Positions 41,120-45,902 of a stretch of 45,902 bases of DNA are shown here, one piece after another; the stretch's first letter is position 1; every line of letters begins with the position of its first letter. The DNA lies in IMG/VR virus record IMGVR_UViG_3300016474_000132, positions 1 through 45,902 of that record. The stretch is one strand, 5' to 3'. Source of the DNA: a virus (lineage: Duplodnaviria > Caudoviricetes). The position numbers were made by a program, and so were the translations under genes. Under the pieces are notes generated by a model. That model was given only the letters and a program-made list of their open reading frames with translations. It did not search any database and was not told the origin of the DNA.

Positions 41120-43522
41120 CTAGGTCCACGCCCCCATAGGCACACGTTCAATGGTGTGCGCTCGGCGATTGGCGAACTTTCCACCCTGTTGAGCGTCAGC
41201 GTGCAAGCAAAGATATTGCAAGGCATCGCAGTTGCTCACCAACACGCCGTTGGCGTAGTACACCCCAGCGTCATCCACGGCCATACCGTAAACGTCTTGT
41301 CTCGGAGATTGCCGCTTTCCAACAATCCTTAGAGCAGGTCTTGACCTTCTTGTACTTGTTGATGAGGAACTCTGTCCCACAGACGGTGCAAGTTCGGAGT
41401 TCGTCGTCGACACCGGATGCGATACGAGCAGCAGTCTGGCAGGAAGGAGAACAGAATCCGCGCTTTCGCTTTTCGGCGTACCCGGAATACTGCTTACCGC
41501 AGTGCGTGCAAACAAGGTCAATAGGAGTCTGGTTCGCAGCGATTCGCTTGCCGTGCTCCACATGCCACGCACGTCCTTCGTCAGACGCGTGCCAAGCCTT
41601 CGCAGCTTCTCGGGCAGCCGCGAGCCACGGTTTCCAGCAATCGGGGTCTTTTTCGAGCCGCTCCCGCATGTGGTGCTTGTGGTGCGCAGATCTGCACATG
41701 AGTTCAAGGTTGCCGATGCAGTTGTTACTTCGGTCTCCATCTTTGTGGTGTACGTCGTGGCGGTCTGGTATTGGGCCGTTATGAAACTCCCAGACATAGC
41801 GGTGCATGTAGCAGGTTCCATAGCGATCGTAGTCGGCTTTGTAGTACCCACTTGGCTTGTGGTAGAACTTTCGGCCATCGAACTCTTGTACCGGATATTT
41901 CTTACGCATGATACGCCTTCAGGGTTGTTGATACCCATCAGTATATCAGTGTATTGGATGTCGTCAATAGCGACGAAGCCGCGCTGCGTAGCGACTGGAT
42001 GGTCCGGGGTCGCGATCATCGTAGTCCCGTCTGAGAGTACGTACTCGTAGACCACGGCGTTTTCCTGCGTCTTCGTGGCGCCAAGCACACGGCGAGGGCC
42101 GATGGGAGTAGATACCATATCGCCAGCGCGGACAGTCTCGATCGGCACGGAGCCGGACGGCGTCGCAATCAGCGTACCAGCGGCGAAGCAAACATGCGAG
42201 TGCTTGTTCTTTTCCGGCGTGTCCTCGTACTCGCCGTTCGTTTTCAGCTTGTACCGGTAACCCCCGCGCATGGCCTGGATGAGAATTTTGCACGATGGAT
42301 CCAGTAAAAACCCAGCACCAGCATCAACCTGCCGGTTGAGAAACTGCTCCACCGCCGTGATCCGCGCCACGATGCTGTTGGTGTAGGCCGGCACCGCCTT
42401 GAACCCCTCCGAACGCAACACGTCGTACACCGTCTTCTCGTCCGTCTGCGCCCGCGCCGTGCCAGCCGGGTCGCCAATCACCAGCACCGGAGCCCCTGGG
42501 AAGTCCTCCGCGAGGCAGGGCTTGAGCACCGTGCGCAGGAACCGCAGCAGGCCCATGCCGTCCGACGACATCGCCCGGTAGATCAGCAGGCGGCCCATGG
42601 CGTCGAGCTGCCCGAGGGTCGCGCTGGGGTTCAGGCCGAAGTCCATGCCGATGAGCAGCGGCCGCATCCCGTTGAGGATCGGATTCAGCGGGTTCTTGGC
42701 GACGTGAAACGTGGAGTCGAACGACCGGAACACCGGCTGGCCGGCAAGTGATTTGCCGAACTTGGCGTGGATGTAAACGTCGATGTAGTCCTGGCTCTTT
42801 CCTGCAGCCAAGTTCTCGTAGTAGTTACTCGGCAGCAAGTGAACCCAGTCCGCCTCCGGCGAAAGTCCAGATGGCTGTATGGTGACATGTGTGTTATCCG
42901 GCGGGTTGCTGAGAAACTCCTCGAAGTATGTGCCCTGATCCGGGGGGTTACTCATACCCCAAACGTGGATATTAGACTTGCCCTGATCCGTGACGCAGCC
43001 TTGGATTGGGTTTCCCTTGTCATCCGTGCCCCATTCCGGTCGGTGAGGGACCATGGAGCCATCAGGATAACGCCCGAGACGACCCTGAAGCGCTTCAAAA
43101 ATGTCCTTGTTCAGCTCCCGAAATTCCTCCACCACGGCAAATGAGGCCTGCAGCGAGAGCAGACGCCGCACGTCGTTGGAATCATCAAGGCCTCGGAACA
43201 GGATCTCGCACTCTACATCGTCCAGTTTCAGCACGTATTTGTACTCGGACTTCAAGAAGTAGCCCGCTTGTCCGTCCGGGAACCACTTCAGGAAGTCAGG
43301 GATCGACGTGTCCCGCAACTGCTCTCGCGTCTGACGAACCCAGATGCAGCGAGACCGCCTGATACCATCCTTGCACGGCGCCATCTTCTTGGCGTGGTAC
43401 AAAATCTTGACAATACCTGCTGTTGTTTTTGTGGAACCAACTGGTCCACAAACCAGTGAGATGAACTTCTCAGACAGAAAAAACGGTACCAATGACGGCA
43501 CCGGAGTGAACATGGTGCTCAT
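41120..43522 (-). CDS. terL: terminase large subunit containing an intein (800-aa precursor, 480 aa after splicing)
   Basis: Walker A GPVGSTKT, Walker B AVVEEFRE, SNPP, nuclease IGMDFGLNP, IGDPAG; KNKHSHV/CDALQY restored on intein removal. Confidence 0.93.
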   Translation of the reverse strand: MSTMFTPVPSLVPFFLSEKFISLVCGPVGSTKTTAGIVKILYHAKKMAPCKDGIRRSRCIWVRQTREQLRDTSIPDFLKWFPDGQAGYFLKSEYKYVLKLDDVECEILFRGLDDSNDVRRLLSLQASFAVVEEFRELNKDIFEALQGRLGRYPDGSMVPHRPEWGTDDKGNPIQGCVTDQGKSNIHVWGMSNPPDQGTYFEEFLSNPPDNTHVTIQPSGLSPEADWVHLLPSNYYENLAAGKSQDYIDVYIHAKFGKSLAGQPVFRSFDSTFHVAKNPLNPILNGMRPLLIGMDFGLNPSATLGQLDAMGRLLIYRAMSSDGMGLLRFLRTVLKPCLAEDFPGAPVLVIGDPAGTARAQTDEKTVYDVLRSEGFKAVPAYTNSIVARITAVEQFLNRQVDAGAGFLLDPSCKILIQAMRGGYRYKLKTNGEYEDTPEKNKHSHVCFAAGTLIATPSGSVPIETVRAGDMVSTPIGPRRVLGATKTQENAVVYEYVLSDGTTMIATPDHPVATQRGFVAIDDIQYTDILMGINNPEGVSCVRNIRYKSSMAESSTTSQVGTTKPTTIAMEPATCTAMSGSFITAQYQTATTYTTKMETEVTTASATLNSCADLRTTSTTCGSGSKKTPIAGNRGSRLPEKLRRLGTRLTKDVRGMWSTASESLRTRLLLTLFARTAVSSIPGTPKSESADSVLLPARLLLVSHPVSTTNSELAPSVGQSSSSTSTRRSRPALRIVGKRQSPRQDVYGMAVDDAGVYYANGVLVSNCDALQYLCLHADAQQGGKFANRRAHTIERVPMGAWT
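41231..42190 (-). mobile_element. intein (320 aa; Cys1 to Ser-Asn, +1 Cys) in the TerL nuclease domain
   Basis: Block A CFAAGTLIATPSG..PIETVRAGDMV, block B IATPDHPV, blocks F/G DVYGMAVDDAGVYYANGVLVSN|C. Confidence 0.9.
41271..41909 (-). CDS. HNH endonuclease with C-terminal Zn-finger repeats, nested in the -1 frame inside the intein
   Basis: YMHRYVWEFHNGPIP..DVHHKDGDRSNNCIGNLELM..HHKHH; CTHCGK, FCSPSC, CTVCG, TCSKDC; GAAGG Shine-Dalgarno-like sequence before the ATG. Confidence 0.88.
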   Translation of the reverse strand: MRKKYPVQEFDGRKFYHKPSGYYKADYDRYGTCYMHRYVWEFHNGPIPDRHDVHHKDGDRSNNCIGNLELMCRSAHHKHHMRERLEKDPDCWKPWLAAAREAAKAWHASDEGRAWHVEHGKRIAANQTPIDLVCTHCGKQYSGYAEKRKRGFCSPSCQTAARIASGVDDELRTCTVCGTEFLINKYKKVKTCSKDCWKAAISETRRLRYGRG

Positions 43523-44085
43523 TGGGTGAAGTCCTCATCAGCGTCAGCGTCGGGGTAGTCCGGGTCGATGTCGTCATCCAGGGCGATGGGTGTCTTTGGC
43601 GGGCGGCTCGGCAGCATGATGGTGGGTGCTTCCTCGATGACCTCGGCACGGTGGCTCTCGATCTGCTGCGGCACCCCGCCGGGGATGTTGATCGTGATGC
43701 TGTAGCCGTTGTTGCCCTGCGACGCGTCAATGGCCTTCTTCGGCTTCAAGTCAGCCCACTCGACGAGGTTCTCGATGATCTTGGCCCGCACGGCTGCCGG
43801 CGTCTCCTCGTCGCGCGCCATGTGATACGCCACCGGCAGAAGGTCTTCCGCCAGCACCTTGCTCTTGGCCGAGAACGAGAAGCCGTTCTCCTTCAGGTCG
43901 GCTGTGTAGGCCTCGACGTAGCGCTTGAACTGCGGGTTGTCGGCCAGCACGATGAACTCCTGCTCGGTGACGCCCTCGGCGGTCAGCACCTCGCCGATGG
44001 GTCTGTTGGCCCCCACCCGGTTGCGCGCCACGGACAGCGCAAGACTGCGCAGGAACTGGTCGGCACGGACGGCACTGGTACTCAT
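43519..44085 (-). CDS. terS: putative terminase small subunit
   Basis: 188 aa directly upstream of TerL with ATGA overlap; RBS AGGAG; helical, ends YSITINI plus an acidic tail. Confidence 0.7.
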   Translation of the reverse strand: MSTSAVRADQFLRSLALSVARNRVGANRPIGEVLTAEGVTEQEFIVLADNPQFKRYVEAYTADLKENGFSFSAKSKVLAEDLLPVAYHMARDEETPAAVRAKIIENLVEWADLKPKKAIDASQGNNGYSITINIPGGVPQQIESHRAEVIEEAPTIMLPSRPPKTPIALDDDIDPDYPDADADEDFTQ

Positions 44086-44312
44086 GGCTGGGACTCCTGG
44101 GAAGGTGGGTTTCGCTTGGCCGCCAGGATCTCTGCACGCAGGCACCCGCACGAGCGCTTGCGCCCCGACGTCAGGTTGCTCCAGTACTCCGAGATCTTGC
44201 TGCCGCACTCGCACAGGCACACGTACTTGCGCGGAGTCGGAGGGTCCGCGCGCCCTTTGACTGTCAGCCGGCCGAACACGCGACCGACTCGTGGGGGGTA
44301 TTTGGTGGTCAT
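44082..44312 (-). CDS. stand-alone Cys-rich domain of the type found at the N-terminus of HNH/AP2 endonucleases
   Basis: GRVFGRLTV...YVCLCECG......LTSGRKRSCGC; no nuclease domain follows. Confidence 0.65.
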   Translation of the reverse strand: MTTKYPPRVGRVFGRLTVKGRADPPTPRKYVCLCECGSKISEYWSNLTSGRKRSCGCLRAEILAAKRNPPSQESQP

Positions 44313-44524
44313 GTGGGGAGTATATAGGGCGGGCTGGGCCATTGGAATGGGGTATGTACTCCATACAAGACAAGCAACCGGGGCGTTTTTGGCTGGGGTA
44401 TATACTTTCAGATGCGAAAAATGGGGGGCGCTTTACGGTGGGGAGATCAGAAAGGGGGTGGGGGCCCCCCTATGGACGGGTGGGTGGGGGTACCTACACT
44501 ACTATCACCGCCGGCCGGGCTGCC

Positions 44525-44561
44525 TGGGATTAACTGGCGGGATTAGTGGCACAATGAAGGC
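44525..44561 (+). promoter_or_regulatory. putative early promoter 1
   Basis: TGGGATTA..CTGGCGG..GTGGCACAATGAAGGC; -10-like CACAAT; closely paralleled by promoter 2. Confidence 0.55.
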
Positions 44562-44593
44562 TCACCAACCGACTTGTTCACTAGGAGTTACAC

Positions 44594-44731
44594 ATGAAAG
44601 CTCGCATCTTCGCCGCTATCTTCGCCGCTGCACTGTTCGCACTGCCACTGTTCTGGGTCACTGGCTGGGCTCCGCTGCTGGCCTTGCTGCCGGCTGCACT
44701 GCTCGCCACCTTCGCCGTGTGCGGCGACTGA
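44594..44731 (+). CDS. 45-aa hydrophobic membrane peptide
   Basis: MKARIFAAIFAAALFALPLFWVTGWAPLLALLPAALLATFAVCGD; RBS AGGAG; own promoter and terminator; not in the ORF track. Confidence 0.7.
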   Translation: MKARIFAAIFAAALFALPLFWVTGWAPLLALLPAALLATFAVCGD

Positions 44732-44748
44732 CCCTCGCCACCCCGACC

Positions 44749-44771
44749 AGCCCGCTTCGGCGGGCTTTTTT
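44749..44771 (+). terminator. intrinsic terminator
   Basis: AGCCCGC-TTCG-GCGGGCT followed by a T run. Confidence 0.9.
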
Positions 44772-44924
44772 GCGTCCAGGCTCGGCCGAGCAGGCCCAGG
44801 GCGATCAGCTACTATCACCGCCGCCAGCCCGAGCATACCCCCCGTGGGTACCAGTCGCGACCATCCAAGCATACCCTCCCAGGGTACAGCGGCGCTGAAC
44901 TACTATCACCGGCGGCGGCTGGCC

Positions 44925-44972
44925 AATCCCATGGGATTAGATTTTCTGGCGGACATGTGGCATAATTGAGGC
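44925..44972 (+). promoter_or_regulatory. putative early promoter 2 with a 14-bp palindrome
   Basis: AATCCCATGGGATT, then CTGGCGG..GTGGCATAATTGAGGC; -10-like CATAAT. Confidence 0.55.
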
Positions 44973-45059
44973 ATCGGTTAGGGAAACAGCCCAGCCGATA
45001 CCGGCAGGGGTCGCCAGCCCCTGCAGGGTTTCACTTGATCACTTTACGGAGTGCATACC

Positions 45060-45764
45060 ATGGCAAACACCACCACCAAAAAGACCGCAAAGACTTTCCC
45101 CGAGCTGGGCGCCATCGTCGCGCCGGCCGCGCCGGCCGTGATTCAGGGCGGCCGCGATGCCAACGTCGGCAAGCTGATCGCCGCCGCCGCGAAAGCGGCC
45201 GGAACGATGCTGGCCAAGACAAAGGAGGCTGCCAAGCTGGCCGCGCTGCAGCTCAACCCCGAGGAGGCGGACGTGATGGCCCGAGTCGACGCTGTAGTGA
45301 AACTGTACGCCGACGACTTCGCGGCCGCCGGCCACAATATCCGGGCGATTTTCAAAGACGCGCTGCTGCTGCTGGCCTTGCCTGAGACGCCCGTGACCGT
45401 GACGCAAGGCAAGACGGACATTCACGCCAGCGCTGGCGAGTTCGTCGAGGCCAGCAAGCATGCAATGCGCGCTGCAGCGAAAGAGGTTCGCGACTCGATC
45501 GGCGCCGGCCGCAAATCTGGCGGTGGTCGCAAGGCTGCAGCGCCGAAGCAGGTCACGCCGACGGCGCCGGCCGTCCCCCAGGACGTCGTCACCCGGTCCG
45601 AAGTCGACGCCTTCACGGCATGGCTTGACGCCGCGCCGGACTACCTCAGCGACGCCGTGTACTTGCCGAAGATCCAGGCAAGGCTGTTGGAAGCTGGCTG
45701 GACCATCGGCAAGGCCGTGAAGGGCCGCAAGGTGGCCGGCAAGGCCCAGAGCGCCAGCGCCTAA
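45060..45764 (+). CDS. Ala/Lys-rich early hypothetical protein
   Basis: 234 aa, RBS GGAG, followed by terminators. Confidence 0.75.
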   Translation: MANTTTKKTAKTFPELGAIVAPAAPAVIQGGRDANVGKLIAAAAKAAGTMLAKTKEAAKLAALQLNPEEADVMARVDAVVKLYADDFAAAGHNIRAIFKDALLLLALPETPVTVTQGKTDIHASAGEFVEASKHAMRAAAKEVRDSIGAGRKSGGGRKAAAPKQVTPTAPAVPQDVVTRSEVDAFTAWLDAAPDYLSDAVYLPKIQARLLEAGWTIGKAVKGRKVAGKAQSASA

Positions 45765-45778
45765 GCGAAGCGCACCAC

Positions 45779-45839
45779 GGGCCCGCAAGGGCCTTTCTGC
45801 CCCCTCCCAGAGCCCAGGCCGCAAGGCCTGGGCTTTTTT
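45779..45839 (+). terminator. tandem GCAA-loop hairpins; the second is a strong intrinsic terminator
   Basis: GGCCC-GCAA-GGGCC-TTT and AGCCCAGGCC-GCAA-GGCCTGGGCT followed by a T run. Confidence 0.85.
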
Positions 45840-45902
45840 GCGCCCGCAGGGCGCCTACTATCATCGGCAGCGCCTACTATCACCCGCGCGGCGGGCGGCC
45901 CA

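Larger units (their letters stand above)
44499..45885 (+). repeat. dispersed direct repeat CTACTATCAyCs, five copies
   Basis: 44499-44510, 44809-44820, 44900-44911, 45855-45866, 45874-45885; all intergenic. Confidence 0.85.

Noticed and set aside
41271-41909. Explaining the nested HNH as a single sequencing frameshift of an ordinary in-frame intein endonuclease
   Set aside because: It would need two compensating errors while the TerL frame is already fully open, and the HNH frame has its own ATG, SD-like sequence and flanking stops. Read-level confirmation is still advisable.
44086-44373. N-terminal extension of TerS shown in the ORF track (284 aa)
   Set aside because: A strong RBS precedes the ATG at 44085, and the extension overlaps a more credible Cys-domain ORF in another frame.
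44499-45885. CRISPR array
   Set aside because: Repeats are only about 12 bp and irregularly spaced with genes between them. The Cas4-like gene is a normal phage replication exonuclease.
1-45902. Terminal inverted repeat (window starts TGGGCGGCGCCCGC, ends GCGGGCGGCCCA)
   Set aside because: Short, imperfect, GC-rich match, and the left edge falls inside a gene; likely chance.

Overview
About 46 kb of a high-GC tailed dsDNA phage with podovirus-type structural genes, in three blocks. (1) A + strand replication/middle arm (1-12829): DUF3310, family A DNA polymerase, NUMOD4-HNH, PD-(D/E)XK exonuclease, VRR-NUC, SNF2 helicase, putative SSB, primase-DUF927 helicase, then a probable anti-defence cluster (Tad2/DUF2829 fusion, gp49_66/Acb4-like, MazG-like). 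(2) A - strand morphogenesis arm (44312 to 12830): TerS, TerL, portal, RcGTA-like head spike base and fibre, scaffold, capsid, adaptors, tail fibre, lysis genes, tail tube and ejection proteins. (3) A repeat-rich divergent early region (44340-45902). The most striking element is a 320-aa intein in TerL (41231-42190). Its central region carries no in-frame endonuclease. A complete HNH/Zn-finger endonuclease gene with its own start is instead nested in the -1 reading frame, while the intein frame stays open. No integrase, tRNA, CRISPR array or reverse transcriptase was seen. All family assignments come from motif recognition by eye, without database searches.
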